Origin: a virus
Taxonomy: Duplodnaviria; Caudoviricetes
Reading direction: 5' to 3' (one strand)
DNA length: 34,845 bases
IMG/VR virus record: IMGVR_UViG_3300037991_000852
Coordinates: 1-34,845 of that record
Numbering within the stretch: position 1 is the stretch's first letter; each line of letters opens with the position of its first letter. Positions 25,150 to 34,504 of this stretch are shown here, one piece after another. The translations under genes were made by a program, and so were the position numbers. The notes under the pieces are model-generated. The model saw only the letters and a list, made by a program, of their open reading frames with translations, did no database searches and was not told the origin of the DNA.

Positions 25150-26197
25150 AGTGAAACTTACCCATCCTATTGATGTTATCAATGGTGGTTTCTTCTAATA
25201 GGTGAGCATACCTATTTGTAGTTTGGGTTGATTTGTGTCCTAACAAATCGCCCACTTCTTTCAGTGTCATCTTCTCAAACGAAATACAATGACTGGCAAA
25301 ACTATGTCTTAGATCGTGTAGTGTAATGTGATCTAAACCAAACTTTGCTCTAATGTTTTTCCACATACGATAAGGTGTTTTAATCGCAAAGATATATTCA
25401 TGTCTTTTGCCATTGGTTCTAGGTTGTCGCTCTATTATCTTTTGTGATTGAGCATTAAGATAAATGACACGCTTATCACCTGTTTTGTTTGCGGTCTTAT
25501 GTTCGTTTAAAACGATCCTATCTCCTTTGAAGTCACTCCATTTAGCATTACCTATTTCAGAAGCAGACCTTGCTCCTGTTAAGATACAAGCCCAAATAAA
25601 ATCTACTGATACTCTTTTACGATGTATTTCATATCGGCTGTTTAGTTCCTTTATAACCTCTACAAGCTGGTCTTGTGTTAAGTAGTTTTCTCTAATACTT
25701 TCAGTGTATTTCTTAACCAAGTTGAAAGGATATTTCTCTGTGTATTCAGAAGCCTTTGCTTCATTGAACACCTTTTTGAACACCATTAAAGATTTATTAG
25801 CCATGCTTTGTTTATCAATATCATAGAACCAATCCTTAACTTCCTGGTGGGTAATAGTTTTTATATCTCTTGAGCCAAAGACTTTTTTTAAGTAGTTGTC
25901 GTATATATTTTCAAAAGACTTTCTACTTTTCAGGCCCTTAGTTTTTTCTAAATATTTAAACCATGAGTCAGCGAAAGTTTGCACTGTCATAATTTTATTA
26001 TTTGATTTACCAAAAGGATCTATACCTTCTAATACCAAGGCATGATGTTTGGCTGCTTTAATTCTGACAGCTTCAATAGGTGTATTGATGTCAGCTAACT
26101 TGTTTTGTTTTCTTTTGCCATTGATGATGTAGGCAAAGGTATAACACGATGGATATATAAGTATGTTTGAGTCTTTGTTATCTCTTTTAAATTTCAT
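25136..26197 (-). CDS. int: Tyrosine recombinase / integrase
   Basis: LTGAR..EI, HKT, LHDLRHSFAS, LLGH, TNRYAH catalytic set; start placed at ATG 26197 because the longer tracked start runs into attP. Confidence 0.92.
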   Translation of the reverse strand: MKFKRDNKDSNILIYPSCYTFAYIINGKRKQNKLADINTPIEAVRIKAAKHHALVLEGIDPFGKSNNKIMTVQTFADSWFKYLEKTKGLKSRKSFENIYDNYLKKVFGSRDIKTITHQEVKDWFYDIDKQSMANKSLMVFKKVFNEAKASEYTEKYPFNLVKKYTESIRENYLTQDQLVEVIKELNSRYEIHRKRVSVDFIWACILTGARSASEIGNAKWSDFKGDRIVLNEHKTANKTGDKRVIYLNAQSQKIIERQPRTNGKRHEYIFAIKTPYRMWKNIRAKFGLDHITLHDLRHSFASHCISFEKMTLKEVGDLLGHKSTQTTNRYAHLLEETTIDNINRMGKFHSKFF

Positions 26198-26276
26198 TTT
26201 CTCTCTCTCTGGTTGTGCTGTGGTTGTATTTTGCTCTAGTTTTACCGTGAACAAAATAGAAACATAGCGTATATTT

Positions 26277-26306
26277 ATGATAACAAAATATTGAAAATCA
26301 GGTCAA
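26277..26306 (-). promoter_or_regulatory. Candidate integrase promoter
   Basis: Minus strand TTGACC, 18 bp spacer ending in TGn, TATCAT. Confidence 0.45.
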
Positions 26307-26332
26307 GTTTTCGAGAGAAAACTGGGAAATTA

Positions 26333-26377
26333 TGGTGAGCCCTGCAGGATTCGAACCTGCGACCCATTCCTTAAAAG
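26333..26377 (-). other. 3' half of tRNA-Lys(UUU), the attP core; not a full tRNA gene
   Basis: Minus strand CTTTTAA-GGAAT-GGGTC-GCAGG-TTCGAAT-CCTGC-AGGGCTC-A-CCA; no 5' anticodon stem, D-arm or 5' acceptor strand upstream. Confidence 0.9.
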
Positions 26378-26463
26378 CACTGTGATTCAGTAACTTTAAG
26401 CCCAGAAATCAGCCAAAAAAAAGACCTCATTTTCTTTGGTTGTTATCAGGTTGTATCAATAAA

Positions 26464-26886
26464 CTAAATGTCGTTTTCTTTCAACGCATTTATAATAGTG
26501 ATTGATCTTTCTAGGGATTTTCTAGGGTTTACTTCTTTGATGTAGTCTAATTCTTTCTGCCAGGTAGCAGTTAAGTTTCTGTTAGGTTGGAACTCTATTT
26601 GGTCATAGGGCAGATAACAGAAAGCAAATATATCTACTTCGTTTTCGTTGTAGTCTTTCTTAATTCTGTTGACTCTCTTCTTAATATCCCATCTAACCAA
26701 TTCTTTGTTTCTGTGATGGAAGGTTGACTCAGATGTTTTAACTTGGATCTTGTATGGGATGTCATCTTTCATAACCAAGAAATCGTATCTAGCTGTTGGG
26801 TTGGGTTCAAAGATTTCGTCAAAGTATTGGAGTAGGAAGTAGGCAGCTAAATGTTCGCCAGACCGCCCTACTTTATAAGTTGACAT
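26464..26886 (-). CDS. PD-(D/E)XK-family endonuclease
   Basis: G..GE......L, RYDFLV, KIQVKT, Y....VD.FAF. Confidence 0.75.
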   Translation of the reverse strand: MSTYKVGRSGEHLAAYFLLQYFDEIFEPNPTARYDFLVMKDDIPYKIQVKTSESTFHHRNKELVRWDIKKRVNRIKKDYNENEVDIFAFCYLPYDQIEFQPNRNLTATWQKELDYIKEVNPRKSLERSITIINALKENDI

Positions 26887-28421
26887 TATTTCATTGAGTC
26901 TAATAACTTTTGTAACTCTTCGTTTTGTGAAATTATGCCAGAGTATGCTGGTAACGGTTTAGTTAATACTGAACTTGGAGTTTCAATCAAAAGCTGTAAA
27001 GGAGTTACATTTCCAGGAACTAAGGGTACTTGTGAATAAGCTAAATCTGATAATATACCAGGCACAGCAAACTTTTTAGAAACTGTTGATATTGGTGATG
27101 AAGCTACATCCTGCATTAAAAGTCTTGCTGCTGTTCCTGAGTCTCCTAAAGTCGGCCCAATGACTTTTTCAGATAAATTTATTAATTCTGATGTTGGCCT
27201 ATCTCCAGCTATAGTTTTTAGTTTATTAGCAGTAATATCATTTTGCATTAATGATTGTCTATATTGAGCTGGAGAAAATGTTTGATCTACTCTAGCATTT
27301 CCTCTGCTTATAGCTTTGTAAATTGGTTTTACATTACTATAAACTGCGTTGACTTTATTCAACTCTGTTCCTGGATTCTGTAAATTTATTTCTGTTCTTA
27401 CTCTGTCTAAAACTTCTTCTAATGTTTCTTTTGCATTAATTTGTGTGCCAACTGCATTTTTAAATTTTACAACTTCATTATTTATAGTTGACTCAAGCCT
27501 TTTTAAATCTTTACCATCTAAGTTTTCGCCATCTTTCAAAAATGGTAAAACTTTTTTATTTATAGTTTTTGTAATAGAAGATAAATCAACTTCATTTGCT
27601 GTTGAGTTTTGTAGTATGTTATTTATGTCATTATTCAAAGATTTATTAGCTTTTAATTTCATACTTCCTAAAACTTCATCATATTTAGTGTCCATGGTGT
27701 CTTTAATGAACATTGCTAATTCATCACCGCTATTGATTGAAGCTGGAACTTTTACATCTAATGGATCTAAAACTTTATTTACAACAGCTCTATTAAAATC
27801 CTTCATACTGTCTAATCTTGCTTTTTGAATTGGCCCTGCAACACCTGGATATGTTGTTAAACCTTCTTCCATTTGACCAACAACATCACCCATAACATTG
27901 CTGCCTTTAACTCTTTGTCCAGGTGTAACATTTACTCCAAGTTCTTTTAATTTTTTTGCTTCTGGAGTTGCTTTAGGTAAAATCTTATCTGCTACTTTTT
28001 GAGTTGTTCCTGCTAAAACTGAACCTAAAGCTGCACCTTTAACTCTACTTTCTAAATCTTCACCAGCACCAGCCCCATAAACACCACCTTGGGTTGCTGC
28101 AATCTTTCCTGCTCCTTTGAGCCCTAATTTTCCTAAAATACCTGCCCCACCTGTTGCAATAGTTGATGGTATTGCTCCTAAAATTTCAGAACTATAAGCT
28201 GCTACAGGAGAATCTTCTCTAAATTGTTTTATTTGTCCTCTTATTTCAGGTAATAGCTCTTCATAACTTTTATTTTCTAGCAATGATCTTGTAAAGGCTT
28301 CTACTTCATCACCAAAACCAAACAACAAGCCTTGTCCTAAAGTTGTTCGTGCTAGATTAGCTCCTACATTAGATGGAGCATCTTCATTTGTTTTGTAATT
28401 TCTTTCTTTTGGTAATGCCAT
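26886..28421 (-). CDS. Probable DNA ejection / internal virion protein
   Basis: GQGL.FGFGDE, Gly/Ala-rich stretch, DSGTA.R motif; last large gene of the tail operon. Confidence 0.6.
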   Translation of the reverse strand: MALPKERNYKTNEDAPSNVGANLARTTLGQGLLFGFGDEVEAFTRSLLENKSYEELLPEIRGQIKQFREDSPVAAYSSEILGAIPSTIATGGAGILGKLGLKGAGKIAATQGGVYGAGAGEDLESRVKGAALGSVLAGTTQKVADKILPKATPEAKKLKELGVNVTPGQRVKGSNVMGDVVGQMEEGLTTYPGVAGPIQKARLDSMKDFNRAVVNKVLDPLDVKVPASINSGDELAMFIKDTMDTKYDEVLGSMKLKANKSLNNDINNILQNSTANEVDLSSITKTINKKVLPFLKDGENLDGKDLKRLESTINNEVVKFKNAVGTQINAKETLEEVLDRVRTEINLQNPGTELNKVNAVYSNVKPIYKAISRGNARVDQTFSPAQYRQSLMQNDITANKLKTIAGDRPTSELINLSEKVIGPTLGDSGTAARLLMQDVASSPISTVSKKFAVPGILSDLAYSQVPLVPGNVTPLQLLIETPSSVLTKPLPAYSGIISQNEELQKLLDSMK

Positions 28422-29632
28422 TATTCGTAAGCTGCTTTAATATCTTCTTTATCAATAATTATAAATTGACCAGTAACACCGTTATAAACAAAATCTCCTT
28501 CTTTTATTTTTTGGTTTTTAACTAAATTTTCATACTCATCTGGAGAATTGAAAGATTTGTATAAAGACCCTAATTCTGCATCAGCAAATTCTTCAAAACC
28601 AAATATTGTTTTCTTTTTATTTACATAATTTTCCATCAATCTTAGTCTTTCTTTATTATATTTTGTAATTGCTCTTAAACCACCAATCAAAAGTTTATTA
28701 CCTTCTTTTGTATTGCCAATAGTAGGTACAGCAGATTTGAATAATTCTATTTCTCTATCAGATGTAGCACCTGAACCCACAACTCTCATTCTAGGAATTA
28801 TATATCCTGTAAAACTTTGAAATAATTCTTGTTGGTTTAATTGTTCGAGCTCATCGGCTGGTAGAATATTTAAAGCAGCACCTAGTTTTTTAAATGGTAA
28901 TTTGAGTTCTTCTAAAGCTCCTGTATCAACATTATCAATAGATTTTTCTAACACTAATAATCTATCATCAATATCCCTGCCAGCAGCAACATTTTTTCTT
29001 TCCTCTTTAACAGTATCAATTGCAAGTTTAGCTGATTCTTGCTCAAATTGTTTAGTAGATGAGTCTATGTTTACAAGTGGGCCTTTTTTAGACTTTAAAA
29101 ACTCTGCAAATTCAGGATTTTCTTGTGCAAACTGAAATTCTTCAACACTTGTAGGTAATTTGTTTGTTTTTTGGTCAAAAGACGATTGAGCAACACTCAT
29201 AGCTAGCTGTGGGTTGCCTTTAATAAGCTCTATTTGTTCGGGTGTAGCACCAGCTTCTTTTGCAATAGCAACAGCATTAGTAATTAAATTTTGTTGGTTA
29301 GCTTCAGCTTTTCTTTCATCTGCTTGTTGTTGAAATATTTCTTGTCTTTGTAAAACACCTTGAGCTGGATTAACACCTCTTAAAGTATCACTAAAAGCCA
29401 AAAGAAAATTACCAAGCTGTTGGTTTTTAAGTCTTTGGTCTGCTTGTTTTTTATCTTCAACATTTTGACTAAATTGTTGTGTATTAAAAAGATTTTGCAT
29501 TACTGGTTTGTTATCAAAAGGTTTTCTGAAACCAGCAGCAATAAAGTCATTCATTTGATTGGTGTTAATACCACCACCCATAGGGTTGTAACCACCTTGT
29601 ATCATTAAATTAAATTTTTCTAATGGAGTCAT
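28421..29632 (-). CDS. Probable DNA ejection / internal virion protein
   Basis: Q-rich helical N-half, PTSVEEFQFA, GSGATSDRE; position in operon. Confidence 0.6.
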   Translation of the reverse strand: MTPLEKFNLMIQGGYNPMGGGINTNQMNDFIAAGFRKPFDNKPVMQNLFNTQQFSQNVEDKKQADQRLKNQQLGNFLLAFSDTLRGVNPAQGVLQRQEIFQQQADERKAEANQQNLITNAVAIAKEAGATPEQIELIKGNPQLAMSVAQSSFDQKTNKLPTSVEEFQFAQENPEFAEFLKSKKGPLVNIDSSTKQFEQESAKLAIDTVKEERKNVAAGRDIDDRLLVLEKSIDNVDTGALEELKLPFKKLGAALNILPADELEQLNQQELFQSFTGYIIPRMRVVGSGATSDREIELFKSAVPTIGNTKEGNKLLIGGLRAITKYNKERLRLMENYVNKKKTIFGFEEFADAELGSLYKSFNSPDEYENLVKNQKIKEGDFVYNGVTGQFIIIDKEDIKAAYE

Positions 29633-29638
29633 TTTTTT

Positions 29639-30454
29639 CTAAGTTTTAAAAAGTCCAAACGGGTTAAATCCACCCATATACATAGAGCCTGCTAAACCAG
29701 CAGCACCACTTAAAAAGTCACCAAAACCAGGTTTATAGCTTTGTGTTGTAGATTGTTGATTAGGCAATGCACTAACACCTTGAGCAAGCAAACCAAGTTG
29801 TTCTTTAGGAAAGTTAATAGCTCTCAAGAACTCGTTGTAACCTGCATCCATAGCTCCTTGTTGTAAGCCTTGTTGTTGTGCACCAATACCAGATAGTAAA
29901 CCTAAGTTTCTATACTGGTCACTAAGTAAACCTTGGTTAATACCAGAACGAAAGTTTCTGTCTGCCATAGCATTAGCAACAGAACTATCAAAACCTTGTT
30001 GTCTTAAATTAGCTGCAAGATTACCTGCTCTATCAGCAAAGTTTCTATTTGTTTCTGCTTCTAAGACTGCTGAACGAGATCCACCAAAAGCACCTCTGCC
30101 GATGGCTGCATCTTGATCTGATTGTATTTGTAATTGTCTCCCTCTATTTAAGTCAGCCATAGCATTATCTATAACTTGTTCTTGGAATGGATTATAAAAA
30201 GAGTTTATGTCTAATGGTGCTTGGCCCATACCAGCTAATTGACCTCTAGGATCAAGAGCCATTGATTGACCAAACATATTTCTAGTTGCATCAAAGCCAG
30301 CTAATTGGTCTGGATTAAATCCTGCAACTCTTGCTCCTGTGTAGGGTGTAAAAGGTAAAGCTGCAATGCCTTTAGCTCTATCATATAGGTCTGTTTGCAT
30401 TGCTGCGATTGCTGGATCAGTGGTTGTTGTTGTTGTTGATTTTCCTTTGCTCAT
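29639..30454 (-). CDS. Probable DNA transfer (pilot) protein
   Basis: SKG.STTTT start, PY.G.RVA.F, NPFQ..V, GAFGGSR, Gly/Ala/Gln-rich. Confidence 0.7.
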   Translation of the reverse strand: MSKGKSTTTTTTDPAIAAMQTDLYDRAKGIAALPFTPYTGARVAGFNPDQLAGFDATRNMFGQSMALDPRGQLAGMGQAPLDINSFYNPFQEQVIDNAMADLNRGRQLQIQSDQDAAIGRGAFGGSRSAVLEAETNRNFADRAGNLAANLRQQGFDSSVANAMADRNFRSGINQGLLSDQYRNLGLLSGIGAQQQGLQQGAMDAGYNEFLRAINFPKEQLGLLAQGVSALPNQQSTTQSYKPGFGDFLSGAAGLAGSMYMGGFNPFGLFKT

Positions 30455-30855
30455 AATTCTTTACTTATTAAATATTCGCTTTTCCAGCCTTTGCCTTTTA
30501 GCTTTCTAAGCCATCCTTTTCTGCCCCCACCGTAGAGGCGTTTAATTCCTAATTGTTTGGCAAACTGTTCAATAGAAGTGTCAACTATTGATTGTAGTTC
30601 TGAATAATCTCCCCCGCAGAACAGTATGTTAAGTGTCTTAATCTGGGGAAAGACAACTATCTCCGTTATTATAGCACTATTTTTGCCAGGCCATAAAGCA
30701 AAAATGCCCTTACGGATTTGTTCTTCTACATCCTCGATACTATACATATCTTGATGTTTGACCGCTTGCTCTATCCAAGGTTTACACCTTTGCCACTCTA
30801 TCTCCCACGGCTCTAGTATTTTAGACTGTTGCTGTGGCTGAGAGAGTTCCGTCAT
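30451..30855 (-). CDS. Acetyltransferase-fold virion assembly protein
   Basis: A.ITEIV.FP..K.L.I...GG and GRKGW.R.L...G pattern; start at ATG 30855 preferred (tracked 30885). Confidence 0.65.
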   Translation of the reverse strand: MTELSQPQQQSKILEPWEIEWQRCKPWIEQAVKHQDMYSIEDVEEQIRKGIFALWPGKNSAIITEIVVFPQIKTLNILFCGGDYSELQSIVDTSIEQFAKQLGIKRLYGGGRKGWLRKLKGKGWKSEYLISKEL

Positions 30856-31048
30856 CTGCGACACTAACTTTATATTTTGTTCCATTTGGGCTTACTAATA
30901 CTAATTCTGTTTGATCTCCGCCACCTACTTCTATTCGCTCACCTTTCTTAAAAGATAAACCATCTCGGTATTCTATTTCAGAGACTAAATAATTTTGGTA
31001 ATCAGAATCAAACTTGAGTAGAGGTTTACGAAGTGCTCTTCTTGACAT
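30821..31048 (-). CDS. Small tail protein
   Basis: LVL.SPNGT.Y.V.V.DDGTLS motif; TAATG coupling to the hub gene. Confidence 0.6.
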   Translation of the reverse strand: MSRRALRKPLLKFDSDYQNYLVSEIEYRDGLSFKKGERIEVGGGDQTELVLVSPNGTKYKVSVADDGTLSATATV

Positions 31049-32820
31049 TATCTCTTACCTCTTTTCTTAACGTCTAATCTAATCTTACCAACTTGGAATG
31101 GTTGTGAACCATCACCTGTAACTTTCATTTTAACTTGTCTAGCGGTAAATCTGGCATCGGTATAACCATCATTATCAAATGTAAATGTGCCAAAGTTTGT
31201 TTCAGGGCCAAGTGGAGTAAACCTACCTTTAAAACTTATTGCAACACCTGGTAAGGTCGTAGCTTCTTCATCAGGTAAAACTTGACTGCACTGCACATAG
31301 TTATCACCCATACCAATTTCTATTGGAGCTGTTTCACAAAAAGGTACTTGAATACCAACATTCTCAGAGTTAACTAAAGCAACATCGCTTTCATGTTCAA
31401 AGACATTACCATTGCTATCACAAGCAATCGGTAAGTCAAAGACACCTTGATCTATCCAACAGGATCTATCCATTGAACCAATAGACCAGACATTATCAAC
31501 ATAGTTCCAGATGACATATTTATTAGGTACTAAAGAAGTGCCAGTTGGGAAGAAAAACCACATTTCATTATAGTTAGAGTTATGACCAGCACAGGATGTT
31601 GGTCTATAAGTGTAGTTTATATTGTCATATATATAGTCATGTACTTCACATGGTATTTCTTTGACTGAACCATCAAAGATAAAGAAAGAGTTTTCACCCA
31701 TCCAAGCTAAGAAAGCACCAGCCGTTACGATTGTTCTAGGACTTATCGCTTTACAGTTTGTACCAGCATCTTGAATACCATATATAAAAGGAGAGCCAGT
31801 GTAATACATTCTAGCAACACCAGTATCAGTAAAGATAATGACATCTGTTTGCCATTTCAAAGCTGATAGAACTCGACCACCTGTTGGTACAATTAAATCA
31901 CCTGCTGTATTGGTAGCTGAAGCTGTCCAGGTATTTAGTGTTTCTCTTGATGACCAAGCAATCTTTCTAGGATCGCCACCTGCTCCTAAAGCTACAACGT
32001 GTCTTTCATTGGTAACTAACACACCCTCACAGTTTGTTGGTGCTCCTGTAACAACACTAGCTATCGTTGCTGGGGTATTAGGATTCCATTCATATATTTT
32101 GCCATCAGAGGGTGAACAGAATAAAAGTATTTCACCAAAGTTATCAAAAGAGAAAGTAGTAGTATCAAAAGATAAACCTGATTGTGAACGAGCATCACCA
32201 AAATCTTCTACGCCAAAATGGTGAGCACCAAAACCAAGTGGTGATAAAGTGTCATCACCTATAAAGCCTGTTGGGGTAATGTCATACCAGACTTCTTCGT
32301 AGTAAATTAAAACACCGTTTCTTGTACCAACTGCTAAAACCTTTTTACCATCGTTATCGTAGTAAGCATACATTCCTGTTGGTGTAGCTGTTAAGACAAC
32401 TTCTGAAGCACTTGATGTATGTGTTGAAGTGGCAGCAGTGCTTGGCACATTTGTTTGAAATGTGTTGATAGTAAATGTTGTGGTGCTTGGTACGGAAGCA
32501 ATCGTATAGGTTTGATTTATTTGACTAGCTGGCATACCGCCTGTTGCAGCAAAACCATTAAGATTAACACTAGCACCAACCAACGCTCCGTGTGCGGTAG
32601 TGGTAGTGATAGTAATAACAAAACTACCAGAGGTGGTACTAACTGTACCACTTAATATTCTGCCTACTGGATTTTGTCTAAGTTTATTCCACCCCTTGAT
32701 TGGAGTGAGATAGCCGTTCTCAAAACGGACTAAATCCCCATCAACCCAACGACCTTTGTTAGCATACTCAGTACCGTTCTTAACGATACCTGCTGGTGGA
32801 GTTACGGGGATTAATGCCAT
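31048..32820 (-). CDS. Tail hub / packaged-DNA stabilisation protein (P22 gp10 / tubular B-like)
   Basis: PPAGI..NGTEY...GRW.DG..VRF, DNFGE, I.WS..E....W......AG, E.WFFFP, WS.G...R, DARFTARQ. Confidence 0.75.
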   Translation of the reverse strand: MALIPVTPPAGIVKNGTEYANKGRWVDGDLVRFENGYLTPIKGWNKLRQNPVGRILSGTVSTTSGSFVITITTTTAHGALVGASVNLNGFAATGGMPASQINQTYTIASVPSTTTFTINTFQTNVPSTAATSTHTSSASEVVLTATPTGMYAYYDNDGKKVLAVGTRNGVLIYYEEVWYDITPTGFIGDDTLSPLGFGAHHFGVEDFGDARSQSGLSFDTTTFSFDNFGEILLFCSPSDGKIYEWNPNTPATIASVVTGAPTNCEGVLVTNERHVVALGAGGDPRKIAWSSRETLNTWTASATNTAGDLIVPTGGRVLSALKWQTDVIIFTDTGVARMYYTGSPFIYGIQDAGTNCKAISPRTIVTAGAFLAWMGENSFFIFDGSVKEIPCEVHDYIYDNINYTYRPTSCAGHNSNYNEMWFFFPTGTSLVPNKYVIWNYVDNVWSIGSMDRSCWIDQGVFDLPIACDSNGNVFEHESDVALVNSENVGIQVPFCETAPIEIGMGDNYVQCSQVLPDEEATTLPGVAISFKGRFTPLGPETNFGTFTFDNDGYTDARFTARQVKMKVTGDGSQPFQVGKIRLDVKKRGKR

Positions 32821-32824
32821 TCAC

Positions 32825-33169
32825 TTAACTTCCTATGTGGCCTGTTACGACTTTTGGATCTATTAAGTCAGCAATTTGTTCTGCTAGGTTATCTTTTAAG
32901 TTCTGAACTTCTTCTTCACCCATTACGCCTTCAACCCAACCAGTAACAATTTCATTGGTTAAGTCTGCGTAAGGGATAAAGTTTTCAATATCATCTACAT
33001 TTAAAGATTGTGTACCATATACGCTTGCTGCATAGAAATTATCTTCACTGTCTTTCTGATCGCTGACAGCATTGATTCTCCAATGCACATTAAATACCAC
33101 ATCTGAGTGGTCGTCTTTTTCTGGGTAATAGTCAACTGTCTGACAATCCCAATTATATTCTATAGCCAT
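32825..33169 (-). CDS. Acidic protein downstream of the fibre (tail assembly or structural)
   Basis: Y.W, DVV.NVHWR, FIPYADLT...V.GWV; AAGGAG SD. Confidence 0.6.
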   Translation of the reverse strand: MAIEYNWDCQTVDYYPEKDDHSDVVFNVHWRINAVSDQKDSEDNFYAASVYGTQSLNVDDIENFIPYADLTNEIVTGWVEGVMGEEEVQNLKDNLAEQIADLIDPKVVTGHIGS

Positions 33170-33170
33170 T

Positions 33171-34454
33171 TTAGTTTACTCCTTTTAGTTGGTCTATTTC
33201 ACTTTCTAGTGACTCGATTTTTGTTATTGCTTCTTGTAGTGCTGCGGTAATTAAAGGCACAAGTTTAGCTTGGTCAATGCCTTGTGGAATTATTCTTGTT
33301 TGATTATTACCATCTTCATCTTTATAAGTTTCAGTTGCATCTTTAATACCTGTAATTGCTTCTGGAACTACATCTGAAACTTCGTGTGCTATAAAACCAT
33401 CAACTTTATTGTCATCAACATTAGATTTCCAATTAAACTTTTTAACCTTTAATTGTTTAATTTTCTCTATGCCGTCTGTTTTTTCTTCTATATTTGTTTT
33501 AAGTCTATAATCAGATGTGGTGTTGTAATTAATTGCATTGTTTGATGAATTTCTTGTAATTTCACCAAGAGTTGTGGCTGCTGTTGCTCCATTTCTAAAC
33601 TGTATAAATGTAGTTCCACTTCCACTATTGTAGTCATACATTAACATTCCTTTTGTTGTAGCACCAAAACCTAAAACAACTTGTGAGTTTAAACCACTTA
33701 AAGCTGAATTAATTTTTAAATCGCCCCCACTATTAATGGTTAGTCTATTAGAACCAGCAGTTTTAAATAATATTTGGCTGCCACTGGTAAAATATAAATT
33801 GTCGTCATTATGGTCGTATTCAATTTTTCCCACATCATTATCAGCACTATCACCAAATGCAATGATACCACTAGCTTCGTGGTGAGATAAAATAGATAAG
33901 CCTGCACTACTAGAATTTTCTATAACCAATTCATCAGCACCAGAAAGTACACTAGCACCACTGTCACCTATCTTAAGATGTAGCCCAACTCCCAAGTCTT
34001 TGTTTGCTAAACCAGAAGAAGCAAAATAATTATCGGCTTGACCGCCTGCATCAGCAAATTGCAATAAACCTTCTGAACCAGATAAACTTGTTAGTTTTAA
34101 GAATTGCCCTGCTGTACCTTGAGCAGCAGGTAAAACTAATGAGTAATTATTATTGCCACTCATTTCGTTTGGAGCTTTAAGTGCTACATAGTTATCAGCA
34201 CCACCAATAGCTTCAAAAAATCTAAGTTCGTTTTGAGATCCAGTTAATTGAATTGTGCCTGTCGCTGTTAATGTACCACCAACTTTTAAAGTTTTGCCAG
34301 AGCCAACTTGTAGGCCTACAGATGTTCCTGTACCAGCAGCGTTAAAGATACCATCCAGGGTATCTGTGTTTGTATTAAGATAGCCACCCCATTGGTTAGT
34401 ATCACCACCGACTGTTGGTTTAGCTAGGTTTAAATTTGTTGAGTATGATGGCAT
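33171..34454 (-). CDS. Second tail fibre with C-terminal peptidase S74 intramolecular chaperone
   Basis: YNTTSDYRLK.NI, GFIAHEV..VVPEA, ID..KLVPL..A.LQE; N-terminus homologous to the first fibre. Confidence 0.88.
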   Translation of the reverse strand: MPSYSTNLNLAKPTVGGDTNQWGGYLNTNTDTLDGIFNAAGTGTSVGLQVGSGKTLKVGGTLTATGTIQLTGSQNELRFFEAIGGADNYVALKAPNEMSGNNNYSLVLPAAQGTAGQFLKLTSLSGSEGLLQFADAGGQADNYFASSGLANKDLGVGLHLKIGDSGASVLSGADELVIENSSSAGLSILSHHEASGIIAFGDSADNDVGKIEYDHNDDNLYFTSGSQILFKTAGSNRLTINSGGDLKINSALSGLNSQVVLGFGATTKGMLMYDYNSGSGTTFIQFRNGATAATTLGEITRNSSNNAINYNTTSDYRLKTNIEEKTDGIEKIKQLKVKKFNWKSNVDDNKVDGFIAHEVSDVVPEAITGIKDATETYKDEDGNNQTRIIPQGIDQAKLVPLITAALQEAITKIESLESEIDQLKGVN

Positions 34455-34504
34455 ATTTATTTCCTTTTGTTATTCATAAAATTATACATTATTTTCTGTT
34501 GTTT

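Larger units (their letters stand above)
26210..26457. other. attP region: tRNA-derived core flanked by paired arm-like repeats
   Basis: GGTTGT pairs 11 bp apart at 26211/26222 and 26438/26449 on either side of a tRNA 3' half; non-coding gap upstream of int. Confidence 0.8.

Noticed and set aside
26198-26254. Longer integrase N-terminus from the ORF track
   Set aside because: It runs through the arm-like repeats; the ATG at 26197 behind a purine-rich run is more plausible, though not proven.
26333-26410. Complete tRNA-Lys gene
   Set aside because: Only the 3' half is present; upstream bases cannot pair with GGAAT or the acceptor strand, so it is an att core.
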